DNA of 64,000 bases, taken from IMG/VR virus record IMGVR_UViG_3300024179_000001; one strand, given 5' to 3'. Each line of letters opens with the position of its first letter. Position 1 is the stretch's first letter. A program made the position numbers and the translations under genes. The stretch is from an uncultured virus (IMG/VR IMGVR_UViG_3300024179_000001) (taxonomy: Duplodnaviria; Heunggongvirae; Uroviricota; Caudoviricetes). The notes under the pieces are model-generated. The model saw nothing but the letters and a program-made list of their open reading frames with translations, was not told the DNA's origin and did no database searches. This document shows, piece after piece, positions 9,771-18,936 of this stretch.

Positions 9771-9982
9771 TGGCTGAGATCGAAACTGGAACGGTAAAGT
9801 GGTTCAACGCTTCAAAAGGTTTCGGCTTTATCGGCCGTGACCGGAAGCCGGACGTCTTTGTGCACTACAGCGGGATCGCTGGGGACGGATACAAGAGCCT
9901 GAACGAAGGCGATCAGGTAGAATTTGAGGTCACCAAGGGGCCGAAGGGCCAACAGGCCTCAAACGTCAGAAAGATCGATTAG
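9770..9982 (+). CDS. csp: cold-shock domain protein
   Basis: [16 protein letters not shown] (RNP1) and DVFVHYS (RNP2); 70 aa. Confidence 0.95.
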   Translation: MAEIETGTVKWFNASKGFGFIGRDRKPDVFVHYSGIAGDGYKSLNEGDQVEFEVTKGPKGQQASNVRKID

Positions 9983-9990
9983 GAGAAATC

Positions 9991-10479
9991 ATGAAGAGAA
10001 ATCGCGCTGTACTCGCAGTGCTGCTGGTCGTCGTGTCTCTTGCCGGATGCGCCGCCAGAGTGAAAAACGTCACAGACCTGCCGCCGGGAGTGACGCAGAA
10101 GCAGGCTCAGGACTGGGATGCGGCGGTGCAGGATCTAAATAAGATCGCGGCGATCACCTCGACGGCGCGCACTTCGATTATCGAACTGCATACCGCTGGG
10201 CTCCTGAAGGACGGTCCACCGTACGTCACCGCGCTCACTGTTGTCGGAAAGATGGATGAGCTGCAGCTCGCAGCCAGTAACGTCCTGAAGCAGTCGCCGA
10301 ACAATTTCACGGATTCGACGAAGGCCAAGGTGAAGGATTACCTGACGCAGATCTCGGCGCAGATCCAGACGCTGAACCAGACCGGGGTGACCGGGATCAA
10401 GAATCCGAACTCTCAGCAGCAGATCTCGGATCTGATCACGCAGATCACTGCGCTCGTCACACTTGTCCTGTCGCTGTAA
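9991..10479 (+). CDS. lipoprotein (possible spanin component)
   Basis: AGGAG SD; signal peptide with LAGC lipobox; follows the endolysin. Confidence 0.65.
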   Translation: MKRNRAVLAVLLVVVSLAGCAARVKNVTDLPPGVTQKQAQDWDAAVQDLNKIAAITSTARTSIIELHTAGLLKDGPPYVTALTVVGKMDELQLAASNVLKQSPNNFTDSTKAKVKDYLTQISAQIQTLNQTGVTGIKNPNSQQQISDLITQITALVTLVLSL

Positions 10480-10552
10480 AAATTCAATCCCTCGGTTAAA
10501 TTTCAACGGGTGCATAAAATTTCAAGCATCGAAGTCCGAAAGGAAGGAAAGT

Positions 10553-10873
10553 ATGGGAACGAATCCGGTAACACCGAAGCAGACGGCATCGAATGTCCTG
10601 AACGCGCTGGCCGAGGCGAATGGCTACGTCAATCTGGCGCTGCAGTTGGGGACAGCTCTGATCCCGGTAGGGAAGGCGCTCGTGACGAAGATCAAGGACG
10701 CGACGACAGGGGTCGAGACGATCAGCTACCAGCTACTGCTGGCAGAGGATCAGGCCACTCTCTCAGCTATCGATGCTTCAAGCGTAGCTGACCTGCAGGC
10801 GATCAACGCGGAGCTGGTAAGGCAAGGAGCCCAACCCCTGCCCGTTCCGGGCCCTACGGGACCCCAAGGCTGA
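10553..10873 (+). CDS. hypothetical helical protein
   Basis: AAGGAAGG SD before ATG 10553. Confidence 0.6.
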   Translation: MGTNPVTPKQTASNVLNALAEANGYVNLALQLGTALIPVGKALVTKIKDATTGVETISYQLLLAEDQATLSAIDASSVADLQAINAELVRQGAQPLPVPGPTGPQG

Positions 10874-10934
10874 TCTGTTCAAAATTAGATAGCATCCTCC
10901 GGGTGTTTGAGAGACACTGCACTCGGAGGATCCT

Positions 10935-11096
10935 ATGGAATCTCACAACAGTGCTCCCCTACGTCTGATTCTGATGGTTCTTGCCGTCGTTCTGTTCTTC
11001 ATTGCGGCAACTGCGTGGCCAGCGCCAGTTGAGCCGTATCGCAACAAGTTAATTGCTGGCGGATTGTTCTGCTGGTCTGTGTCCACGTTCTTCTGA
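10935..11096 (+). CDS. 53-aa two-TM small membrane protein (below ORF-track cutoff)
   Basis: GGAGG SD; MESHNSAPLRLILMVLAVVLFFIAATAWPAPVEPYRNKLIAGGLFCWSVSTFF. Confidence 0.7.
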   Translation: MESHNSAPLRLILMVLAVVLFFIAATAWPAPVEPYRNKLIAGGLFCWSVSTFF

Positions 11097-11181
11097 TCTG
11101 CTTGTCCCCTACTGAACAGACAGCTCCTATGAGCCTCGCTACGATTGCGTTTGATCGAGGTAGAGCTCGTCAGGAGTTGAA

Positions 11182-11619
11182 ATGAAGAATCCACTTTACA
11201 TCACGGAATGCGTCAGAAAAGACGGCGTCACTTACCTCACAGTCCTTGGAAACGAATTGACCGAAGCGGACGAAGGCGGAACGGTGAAAGTGATGGGAGT
11301 TCAGAACGAAACGGTGAACGGCGAGTTCCCGATTCTCAAGATCATCCCACCGGACACGATTCGATTTCTCCAACCCAACCAACTGGACATTCCTGCAGGT
11401 ATCAGAGGTGGTGCGATTTCAACGGAAGCACCGGAGCACCCAAAGGCCGTGGTAGTCGTGATCCCGCCGAAACCAGTGGAAGCGCCAAAGGCAGCGACCG
11501 CTCCAGCGCAACCTGCAGTGAAGCCGGAATCTAAGGCCGAAGAGAAGCGTGAAGAAAAACACGAAGTGAAGAATGGGAAGAAGAACGGAAATCATAAAGC
11601 CCACGCCGCGAAGCGGTAA
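11182..11619 (+). CDS. hypothetical protein with beta-module and basic Ala/Lys tail
   Basis: AGGAG SD; last gene before the strand switch. Confidence 0.65.
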   Translation: MKNPLYITECVRKDGVTYLTVLGNELTEADEGGTVKVMGVQNETVNGEFPILKIIPPDTIRFLQPNQLDIPAGIRGGAISTEAPEHPKAVVVVIPPKPVEAPKAATAPAQPAVKPESKAEEKREEKHEVKNGKKNGNHKAHAAKR

Positions 11620-11622
11620 AGC

Positions 11623-11811
11623 CTAACTGATTTTGCCGTAGCTCTTGAGGATCCGTTCTGCCTTGCGGTACCCGGGACAGGACGGATCCTTTGTGTACAT
11701 GTAGCCGTCGTTCACGCCGTTGCGGTAAGCCGAATGGGTTCCAGCGATCCCGACCAAAATAGTGAGCATCCACCCCAGTCCCGCGACCCACATCGGAATC
11801 ATTTCCATCAC
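11623..11811 (-). CDS. small membrane protein
   Basis: GGAGG SD; N-terminal TM segment. Confidence 0.55.
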   Translation of the reverse strand: MMEMIPMWVAGLGWMLTILVGIAGTHSAYRNGVNDGYMYTKDPSCPGYRKAERILKSYGKIS

Positions 11812-12194
11812 TTTCCTCCGTTCTTAATCAAGCGAAGTGCGAACTCGCGCCCCAATGGAGTCAACTCCGACACCCACTTGTTCTCTTCTCGCCGGATCCG
11901 CACGACAATGCCGTCGTTCAGCAGCCTGGTAAAGATCGAGGACACATCAGCGATGGTGACCTTGATCAAGTCGGCGTATCTATAGGAATGCATCGGGCCG
12001 TTGTGGTAAAGGCAGAGAATACATTTCGCGGCCTTGCCATCGACGTCGAGATATTTTGCCCAAATCTTAGAGGTGTCCGGATCTGTGTTGCGCGGACGCG
12101 GCCTGCTGATCGGGAAGTCGGATCGGATCTTTTGCTCTTCAGGTTTGTCTTCAAATAGCTTCGGCTGGTCCGGGGTCTTCTTCTTTTCCTTCAT
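11808..12194 (-). CDS. winged-helix (MarR-like) DNA-binding protein
   Basis: RPRNTDPDTS; DVSSIFTRLLNDGIV...ELTPLGREFA. Confidence 0.6.
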   Translation of the reverse strand: MKEKKKTPDQPKLFEDKPEEQKIRSDFPISRPRPRNTDPDTSKIWAKYLDVDGKAAKCILCLYHNGPMHSYRYADLIKVTIADVSSIFTRLLNDGIVVRIRREENKWVSELTPLGREFALRLIKNGGK

Positions 12195-12420
12195 CGATTT
12201 TCTCTCTCACCTCGATGCTTTTCGGTTTCAGTGTTGCGACGATGGCGATGTTCACGTCTGGGTGCATCTGTCGAATGTCCTGCATGAGCCGCTCGGCGAG
12301 GCCTTGCTTGAAATCTTTTCCGTCGCAGACGATTAAGTACGATCGATCCGGTCGGAGCTCATATCCACGGATCAGCGGAGAGATCTTCGTGAAGTCGTCG
12401 ATGTTGAGTGGTGGCTTCAC
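12151..12420 (-). CDS. hypothetical protein
   Basis: Overlapping operon packing. Confidence 0.55.
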   Translation of the reverse strand: MKPPLNIDDFTKISPLIRGYELRPDRSYLIVCDGKDFKQGLAERLMQDIRQMHPDVNIAIVATLKPKSIEVREKIDEGKEEDPGPAEAI

Positions 12421-12740
12421 AGGTAGTGTGGGAGTGTTGCGGATATAAGGCAGTCCTCCCGGCGGATCGGAAAGAAGCCGTGCTGGTTGAGAGCTTCAGC
12501 GGCAGCCAACTCCGTTGTGCCGTATTTCTCCATCACAAATTTGATCAGGTTGGCGGCTTCATCGCCCTCCACCCTATTCCAGTCGATCAGGTAGATGTAC
12601 TCCGCGTCCTGACCGTCGAGCTTTCCCTTGACCGGAATCGGGCTCATGAGCGGGATCTCGTCCTGATTGAAGATCCGGCGCCAGATCAGATAGCGCGGAG
12701 AGGAAGGATTCAGTTTTCCTTGGAACCACTCGTCGGTCAT
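12417..12740 (-). CDS. hypothetical protein
   Basis: AAGGAG SD before ATG at 12740. Confidence 0.6.
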   Translation of the reverse strand: MTDEWFQGKLNPSSPRYLIWRRIFNQDEIPLMSPIPVKGKLDGQDAEYIYLIDWNRVEGDEAANLIKFVMEKYGTTELAAAEALNQHGFFPIRREDCLISATLPHYL

Positions 12741-12991
12741 TTCTTTTTCTCCTTCGGTCTGCGGAACTGTGCAGCGTTCGGGCATTTTCCGAAGTGACAC
12801 TCGAGGAGCTGGGGATCCTTGTCTTCGCTGCCCGGGATGATCGTCATCGGCATCTTCTTGAGCTTGCCTTGCGGATCGCGGTTGGGAGTAGTGAACCAGA
12901 GCATGAGCACTCCGCACCCGCGACAGTGCGATTCACCGTCGTACTTGTAGCCGATGGATTCGAGTCCGTCGCGGGTTTGCGGAAGTGCCAT
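12737..12991 (-). CDS. small Zn-binding protein
   Basis: CRGCG...HFGKCP motif common in phage early genes. Confidence 0.65.
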   Translation of the reverse strand: MALPQTRDGLESIGYKYDGESHCRGCGVLMLWFTTPNRDPQGKLKKMPMTIIPGSEDKDPQLLECHFGKCPNAAQFRRPKEKKK

Positions 12992-12995
12992 GGAT

Positions 12996-13664
12996 CTATT
13001 TCTCTTTCCCCTCGTCCTCGTCCCAGAGATCGTCCTGCGTGTTCTCCATCTCGATCCAGAAATCGTTGGCGAGATTTTTCGTGGCGAAGGTGTTGATCGT
13101 GTCGGAGTCCTCGGTCTGGAAACGGAAAGCGAACCGGATGACCTTGCGCGCCGATCCTTCACCCTTGCGCTGGATGACTGCGAGATTCGCGCCGATGATC
13201 TTCGCTGCTTTGAGTGTCAGCGACGCGGTCTTGCGATCCGATTCCAGGAAGAATTGAACGAACTGGTTGGGCAGATCCTTCAGGTTGATCCGGGATCTCC
13301 CTTTCTTGTTCACGTCGTGATAGCCGTCCGCGACGATCTTCGGCAGCAGGCTCAGGTGCTTTTCGGTGAGAGGCACTGTGCACTGCAGCGCGATCAGGAC
13401 CACATCCTTGTACTTCGAGAAGTGTGGCTTGTCGTAGAACACTTTCATGCGGCCATTCGCGACGGTGGGTGTGTCTGGCTGTTCGATGAGCAGTGAGCCC
13501 TTTTTAACCGGGGGCTTGTCCAGCTCCTCGAGTTGCTTTTCTGGATCCTTCTTCACTGGTGTGTCGAAGTCTTTCACCGGATCGAGTGGAGTGATTCCGC
13601 GCTTCCCGGTTTTCTTCGGCGCTTTCTTCTTGCTTGGTAGAAGGTCCGCTGGATCTGTCGTCAA
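12996..13664 (-). CDS. hypothetical protein with acidic C-terminal tail
   Basis: GGAGG SD with TTG start; 222 aa. Confidence 0.65.
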   Translation of the reverse strand: MTTDPADLLPSKKKAPKKTGKRGITPLDPVKDFDTPVKKDPEKQLEELDKPPVKKGSLLIEQPDTPTVANGRMKVFYDKPHFSKYKDVVLIALQCTVPLTEKHLSLLPKIVADGYHDVNKKGRSRINLKDLPNQFVQFFLESDRKTASLTLKAAKIIGANLAVIQRKGEGSARKVIRFAFRFQTEDSDTINTFATKNLANDFWIEMENTQDDLWDEDEGKEK

Positions 13665-13768
13665 CTCAATTCCTCCGTCGGAGGAGTCGACGCCGCCGGC
13701 GGCACTGGTGCTGGCTTCGCCTTCGGCGGTTTCTTCTTCTCCCGAGTAGGTTTGTTCTTACTTCCCAT
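13661..13768 (-). CDS. 35-aa Lys/Pro-rich peptide
   Basis: AAAGGAG SD; MGSKNKPTREKKKPPKAKPAPVPPAASTPPTEELS; stop overlaps the next start. Confidence 0.6.
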   Translation of the reverse strand: MGSKNKPTREKKKPPKAKPAPVPPAASTPPTEELS

Positions 13769-13814
13769 AGATCTCCTTTCAAAACTACGTGTGTGTACTG
13801 CAGGTGAGGATGCG

Positions 13815-13843
13815 ACTATACGCCGCGCAAGCCATCATCGCAA
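13815..13843 (-). promoter_or_regulatory. sigma70-like promoter
   Basis: TTGCGA-N17-TATAGT on the minus strand; TGCAGTACAC just downstream. Confidence 0.6.
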
Positions 13844-14611
13844 CTCTAAAAGGTGGATTAAACCACAGGTTTTGCACCGTTCCCGTTCAGCGTGGATGCC
13901 CATCTGCTTCAATGCCCGGGCGGTATTTTCGGCGACTTCCGTGTTGGCGTAGACCTGACGGGTACATGAACCACCGCCACGACTTTCCACAACGTCTTGC
14001 ACAATTTTTCGACAGGAAGAATCTGGCAACTTATTGAAATCACGGAGCAATTTCTTCTTTTCCACATTTCCACCGGGAGTAATTCTTTCTGCAACAAGAT
14101 TTTCAGAGTCTCCCTTGTTGTGATGATGACTCCTGTGGATCCGTGGAAAACGCTTCACTTTGCACTTAGCCGCAATGCGATCAAGCACTTGCGGGAGCTG
14201 GTTTTTCACAGCCCAGTTGGAAAACCTGAGGACGTCTATGGATAACTTTCCGAGGTTCCTGTCGCGGATCGCGTCTTTGTGGGCGTCATGGGTGGCACCA
14301 TCGACCTCGATGGCCAGTGAACAGGATGGACAGTAGAAGTCTACGATGTAGCCACGGAGGACGGACTGGCGCTGAAAGGTCAGGCCACCCAGCCGCTTGC
14401 ACCGAAGCTGCTCCCAGAGAATAGCTTCGTGGTGTGTTGGTTTCTTCCGCATGTCGCGAGCGAATTTCTTTATTTTTGGATCGACGTAACGTCGCAATGA
14501 ATTTGAACTGGGATGACGACGGGGGCCTTCGAGACGATGTTTCTCGCAGAACCTTCCGCAAGCCCGTGGTTCATCACATCCCTGCATCACGCAAGCCTTC
14601 CGAGGTTTCAT
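13835..14611 (-). CDS. DUF559/Vsr-like endonuclease domain protein
   Basis: ARDMRKKPT..EAILWEQLR...FQRQ...YIVDFYC...LAIEVDG..H...VLRFSN. Confidence 0.85.
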   Translation of the reverse strand: MKPRKACVMQGCDEPRACGRFCEKHRLEGPRRHPSSNSLRRYVDPKIKKFARDMRKKPTHHEAILWEQLRCKRLGGLTFQRQSVLRGYIVDFYCPSCSLAIEVDGATHDAHKDAIRDRNLGKLSIDVLRFSNWAVKNQLPQVLDRIAAKCKVKRFPRIHRSHHHNKGDSENLVAERITPGGNVEKKKLLRDFNKLPDSSCRKIVQDVVESRGGGSCTRQVYANTEVAENTARALKQMGIHAERERCKTCGLIHLLELR

Positions 14612-14808
14612 ATTTGAGGAAACTCCGGCAACCACTCTTTGTAGCTGAACGCGCGCGTAGTCTGCGTTTTCTTTGGAGGGCCGTGCCACTCCCACTTCCC
14701 TTCGTCCGTCTCCTTGTCCAGCTCGTGGAACCAATAGCCCACGCGTACTATCCTGACGAAGTCGTCCAGCCGGATCACTTCGACAAATTCTCTGGTGTGG
14801 ATGTCCAT
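14608..14808 (-). CDS. hypothetical protein
   Basis: GGAG SD before ATG 14808. Confidence 0.5.
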   Translation of the reverse strand: MDIHTREFVEVIRLDDFVRIVRVGYWFHELDKETDEGKWEWHGPPKKTQTTRAFSYKEWLPEFPQI

Positions 14809-15164
14809 TTGATCTCCCGATTGTGTCTGTTGCGGTGGCATGGATGGACCGAGAACATCCCGTGCACCCAGCGCAGGTTCGTGCAGGCCGTACCATCGGC
14901 GAGCGTCTGACCAAAGCACCAGCAGCGCACCAGTGGCCTCCCGCTCCTGACGTGATCGACGTCGCCGTCGCAGACGGAACAATACTTCTGACAGAGGGCG
15001 CATATAAGCTTCGCCTCCAACATTACCGCGATCCTCACGCGCCGTTTGTCGTCCGTGTCCTCGAGGTAGACGTGGCCAGCGATGGAGATCCAGCTCGGAG
15101 CATGAATCTGTTTCGCCTTCCGCGCCAGCTTAGTGGCGGCGACGTCCTTTTGGTTTTCGATCAT
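14775..15164 (-). CDS. HNH-like zinc-binding nuclease
   Basis: CALC...DVDHV...NLRWVH...CHRNRH. Confidence 0.6.
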   Translation of the reverse strand: MIENQKDVAATKLARKAKQIHAPSWISIAGHVYLEDTDDKRRVRIAVMLEAKLICALCQKYCSVCDGDVDHVRSGRPLVRCWCFGQTLADGTACTNLRWVHGMFSVHPCHRNRHNREIKWTSTPENLSK

Positions 15165-15415
15165 TTGCGAGCCGCCGCGATCTCTTCCTTGATGAACTTA
15201 TAGAGCTCTGGGGAAAGAGCGGCTGATTGCTTCTCCAACTCTTCACTGGTCTCGTGTGGACGGCGATAGATCTCTTCGAGCATAAAGACTGCCGCGCGGA
15301 GTGCGATCTTCGCATCATCGAGAGTCAGTCCCATGTCTTGAAGGCTGGCGACGGCCACGCCGATCCCCACAGTGGTTCGTATTACGCGGAATGTTTCATC
15401 GATTTCTTCTGGCAT
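15161..15415 (-). CDS. hypothetical protein
   Basis: Operon packing. Confidence 0.55.
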   Translation of the reverse strand: MPEEIDETFRVIRTTVGIGVAVASLQDMGLTLDDAKIALRAAVFMLEEIYRRPHETSEELEKQSAALSPELYKFIKEEIAAARK

Positions 15416-15710
15416 TTTTCTTCACCCTATTTCCCGGCCTTCGATCAATTTCTCCCCGGCGTTGTTCTGTGACCTTGTACTCGAGGCGGCGCCGGAGAAG
15501 ATGGTGCTCTTCGCACATCGCCTCGATCAGATAGTCGGTGGCGTCTTCGAGACCGAAGGCCGCCACCCAGCTGTCCCACAGGGTCAGGAACGCATCCATC
15601 GCCTTGAGATCCATCTTCACCGACAGATACCCGCGAGTCATGCACTTGGCTTTGCGGCGTTCGGCGAGGCCCTTAAAGAACTCCTTCTGTTCTGTCGTGA
15701 GTTCATTCAC
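15396..15710 (-). CDS. hypothetical protein
   Basis: Operon packing. Confidence 0.55.
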   Translation of the reverse strand: MNELTTEQKEFFKGLAERRKAKCMTRGYLSVKMDLKAMDAFLTLWDSWVAAFGLEDATDYLIEAMCEEHHLLRRRLEYKVTEQRRGEIDRRPGNRVKKNARRNR

Positions 15711-16960
15711 TCGACGTCTTCTCCCGGTTCGCGCTTGATCGGCGTGCGGCCATCCGCCTGAAACATCAGTGTGCCGAGCTTGCGAAGCCCGACGATGTTG
15801 TGTGCCTTGTCGAGATAGAATTCCATGACGCGCGAAACCATCTCGGCTTCATTCGGGAAAAACTGCTGGAGAGTTTTCGAGAAGCAGTTGTACCAGGTGC
15901 CGTTCACCTTGACGGAAATATACGGCTGATTGTTTTGCTTCGTCTTGCCGTAGATCACGCGGTGGATCGTTCCGCGCTGCAGGTCGGCGCCCTCTGGAAC
16001 CGTGTGAGGCTTTGCCGATTTCGATTTCGGCGCGCTGACCTTGGCTTCCACGTTGATCGTCTTCGCTTCCTCGTGGCGCTGCCACGCAGTTTCATTCTCT
16101 TCCTTGGTGTGCTCGTCAGCGGGACAGTGGATCTTCAGGCCGTGGTGCGTCTCACACCAGTCACCACGCTTCTTGGCCTCGAGTACTTCCTGAGGCGTGA
16201 GTTGGTTGACGGACTGGTTCAGTTGGCGATTTTCGCGGAGGATCTTGCCTGATGGCGCAACGCCGTCGTGCGAGATCTGGCGGCCTCCGGGAGTGAGATC
16301 CGCGAGACGCTGGCTCATCTCTTCTTCGCTGTAAATGTCAGAGAGATCCGGGAAGCACTTCCGGAGCGCATGGGCTTCGGCGCACTTCGCGAGCATGTGC
16401 TTAGGCATGCGGTTCCAGAAGTCCGAGCGCTTTTCCCTGAGGTTCGCCGGGGCGAATTCCTCCCAGTAGACGGTGGCGGCGCCGGAGCTCCCGTTCCTGC
16501 GGAAAGCTTCGACGCTGGCTGTCTCCGGGATCCTGCGGCCTGCCGGAGTTTTCCCAAGCTCTGGATCAAAGGTCCATCGAGGTTCCTTCGTTCCTCCGAA
16601 GTCCCGCTTGTGGCTGCGCGCGGCCATGGAACGATAGCCGCCGATGCCGACGATGATGACCATTTCGTCCGGCTGATTCTGCCGGGGCCATTTGATGCAG
16701 TAGACCTGCTTCGTGAAAGGATCGAGCTTCTTCTTCTTGCAGACGAGCATGAAGAGCGCGAACTCTTCGTCGGTGCAGTTCTTCGCCACGGTCTTCTTCA
16801 GGAGATCGATCTCCTGTGGCCGCAGCGTGCGCTCGGACGTTGGATGCTTGACGATGGCCATCGTGGCCGGAGCTGGCGGTGGCAATTGTTTCCGCCGGCG
16901 CCGAGGCCGAGCCCTATGCCGCCGGGGGGATGGGCGCGTCTTCTTGCGTTTGGTCTTCAT
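15707..16960 (-). CDS. bet: single-strand annealing recombinase, Bet/RecT family
   Basis: LDPFTKQVYCIK, GIGGYRSMA, WNRMPKHMLAKCAEAHALRKCFPDLSDIYSEEEM. Confidence 0.9.
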   Translation of the reverse strand: MKTKRKKTRPSPRRHRARPRRRRKQLPPPAPATMAIVKHPTSERTLRPQEIDLLKKTVAKNCTDEEFALFMLVCKKKKLDPFTKQVYCIKWPRQNQPDEMVIIVGIGGYRSMAARSHKRDFGGTKEPRWTFDPELGKTPAGRRIPETASVEAFRRNGSSGAATVYWEEFAPANLREKRSDFWNRMPKHMLAKCAEAHALRKCFPDLSDIYSEEEMSQRLADLTPGGRQISHDGVAPSGKILRENRQLNQSVNQLTPQEVLEAKKRGDWCETHHGLKIHCPADEHTKEENETAWQRHEEAKTINVEAKVSAPKSKSAKPHTVPEGADLQRGTIHRVIYGKTKQNNQPYISVKVNGTWYNCFSKTLQQFFPNEAEMVSRVMEFYLDKAHNIVGLRKLGTLMFQADGRTPIKREPGEDVE

Positions 16961-17216
16961 TCGTCTCCTCGATCCTTGTGTATTTGTGATTCGGTTTGAT
17001 GTACTTCAGGAAGTGGCTGCTGATGGAGTGCTTCTCTTCCGCCGTTTTGCCTTTGCCCATGAGCGCGTCGAACTGCTCTTGCGACACGTCGTGGTAATTG
17101 TAGACGGCACGAGCGGCTTCTTTCTGGCGACGCGGGAACTCCACCTGCAGAGTTTTCGTTGCCGGATCATACCCTATGCTTGTGAGGATGTGTGACTGGA
17201 TTGCCGTTCTTTCCAT
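16914..17216 (-). CDS. KTSC domain protein
   Basis: SHILTSIGYDPATKTLQVEF...YNYHDV...F..IK. Confidence 0.85.
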   Translation of the reverse strand: MERTAIQSHILTSIGYDPATKTLQVEFPRRQKEAARAVYNYHDVSQEQFDALMGKGKTAEEKHSISSHFLKYIKPNHKYTRIEETNEDQTQEDAPIPPAA

Positions 17217-17500
17217 GCGTGTTCTGCCTCTCCCGGTGCCCAGCCTATTTCGACCAAGCGCCGAATAAACTCTGCTTTTGAAGTGTGCGTCGCGTTGCCC
17301 GGATCGCCGAGGCGCTGTTGAATGAAGTACACGAGTTGATCTGGCGGCTTCACTCCGCGCTCGTTGGTTGAAATGTCATGCCAGCGCAGTTCGTATTTCT
17401 TGCCGATCCAGAAATCGAATACGCCATCGACGCGGTACTGGTAGGGCGAGAGTTGCTTTATCTCGTAGCCGATTTTTTGGAGTTCCTTGATCAGATCCAT
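17174..17500 (-). CDS. hypothetical protein
   Basis: GGAG SD. Confidence 0.6.
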   Translation of the reverse strand: MDLIKELQKIGYEIKQLSPYQYRVDGVFDFWIGKKYELRWHDISTNERGVKPPDQLVYFIQQRLGDPGNATHTSKAEFIRRLVEIGWAPGEAEHAWKERQSSHTSSQA

Positions 17501-17605
17501 GGTGTCTCCGTTTTTAGGAGCCCGGGGAAGAGCCCCATGCAGCCCACTCTCCCCCGGGTATTCGCGGCTGCTCGGTGGACCCCACCCCCTGCAGCCACGA
17601 AACTT

Positions 17606-18445
17606 TTAGAACTTTTTGTCTTCACTGACTTCGATGCCGCCGACTTCGGCGATCACTTGTGCGATGGTGAGTGAGCGATCCCTGACGACTTCACCGATGG
17701 CGACGTCGTCGGGCTTTAGGTACTTCAGTTTCACTTCCTGTGGGCGCACCACCTTGAATGTGCGGTTCGTACGTCCACCGCGCGGAACCTCGGACTGCAC
17801 CTTGGTGCTCTTTGCGGCCTCCGGGGCCTTGTTCTTCAGATCCTCGGCGTCTGCGGCCGCCTGCGCCTTCGCTGCTTCCTCGAGGGCACCAGCTTCGCGC
17901 AGGAACTTCTCGGCCTGCCGCTTCGTGATCTTACCGTTGCGGAGATCTTCGCGGATCTCCGAGACGCGGCGCTCTTTCAGTTCCTTCGCAAGCTGCTCGT
18001 CTGCGACGCGTTTCTTCTCGGCCTCGCGCTCGAGCTCGGCCTGCTTCAGCTTGCGCTGGCGCTCTTCCTCGGCCACCCGTTCCCGTTCGACTCTATTGGA
18101 GTACTCAACCATCTTGGCGTTTAGAGCTCCACGAAGCGCCTCGGCGGCGTTTGTTACACGGCGCTGGCGTGTGAGCACAAAATCTTTGGCCTTGTTAAGC
18201 ATCGTGCGAAATGGATCCATCGTGTCTTCGGCGGATCCGGATTCGCCCTTGATCTGTTTCAGTAGCGCGTCGGCTTTGTCGAAGCTGGCCTTATCGACCA
18301 CCTTGATCGCCATCACTTCGATCTTCAGCTGCTCGAGCCTGTCTTCCTGATCCTCGAGCTTTGCGAGCGCCTGGTTGAAAGGCTTCGCCTGAATAATCTC
18401 GACGGTACTGCCGTCCTTTACCTTGATGATTTCTCCGTTCGCCAT
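17606..18445 (-). CDS. coiled-coil protein of the recombination module
   Basis: AAGGAG SD; long E/K/R/A helix; C-terminal YLKPD...GGIEV. Confidence 0.7.
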   Translation of the reverse strand: MANGEIIKVKDGSTVEIIQAKPFNQALAKLEDQEDRLEQLKIEVMAIKVVDKASFDKADALLKQIKGESGSAEDTMDPFRTMLNKAKDFVLTRQRRVTNAAEALRGALNAKMVEYSNRVERERVAEEERQRKLKQAELEREAEKKRVADEQLAKELKERRVSEIREDLRNGKITKRQAEKFLREAGALEEAAKAQAAADAEDLKNKAPEAAKSTKVQSEVPRGGRTNRTFKVVRPQEVKLKYLKPDDVAIGEVVRDRSLTIAQVIAEVGGIEVSEDKKF

Positions 18446-18457
18446 TCGCTTTCTCCT

Positions 18458-18565
18458 TTAGAGTTTGAACCACCAAACCATCAACTTAATCAGCAGCACT
18501 GCGATCACTGGTCCCATGACCATCGCGGCCAGAACTTGCCCTCCGCGCAAATTGAGTTCGCGCAT
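18458..18565 (-). CDS. 35-aa membrane peptide
   Basis: GAGGAGG SD; MRELNLRGGQVLAAMVMGPVIAVLLIKLMVWWFKL. Confidence 0.5.
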   Translation of the reverse strand: MRELNLRGGQVLAAMVMGPVIAVLLIKLMVWWFKL

Positions 18566-18567
18566 GT

Positions 18568-18936
18568 CTACAATTCCTCCTCGCGCATCGTCCAGTGTTT
18601 CTTCTCGCCTCGTGGCCCACGTAATGCCCAACTTACAAGAAAGACGCGGCCGCCTGCCCGTTTCCAGATCTGGAATTCCGGGATCCCGAGGATCTTCTCC
18701 TTGTGCTCGGAGTGGCTGGCCCCGGGACAGCACTGCACGAGTGCAATGGACCCCTTCAGTAAAACAGGAGGATCGGTTGGTGGCCGCATTGCGAGGATGT
18801 CTCCGAAGTGGAACGCGTCGATCCGCTTTCCGCCGCCGGGGATCCCCGGAATCGTTACCCATTTCTCTACGACACAGGCGCTCCAGCCGTTATCCCGGAG
18901 CGCCTTGAGTGTGCGTTGCGTGGCGTTGGTCTTCAT
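18568..18936 (-). CDS. PD-(D/E)xK nuclease, Hjc-like resolvase candidate
   Basis: RTLKALRDNGW..VVEKW...DAFHFGDILAM...LVQC. Confidence 0.65.
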   Translation of the reverse strand: MKTNATQRTLKALRDNGWSACVVEKWVTIPGIPGGGKRIDAFHFGDILAMRPPTDPPVLLKGSIALVQCCPGASHSEHKEKILGIPEFQIWKRAGGRVFLVSWALRGPRGEKKHWTMREEEL

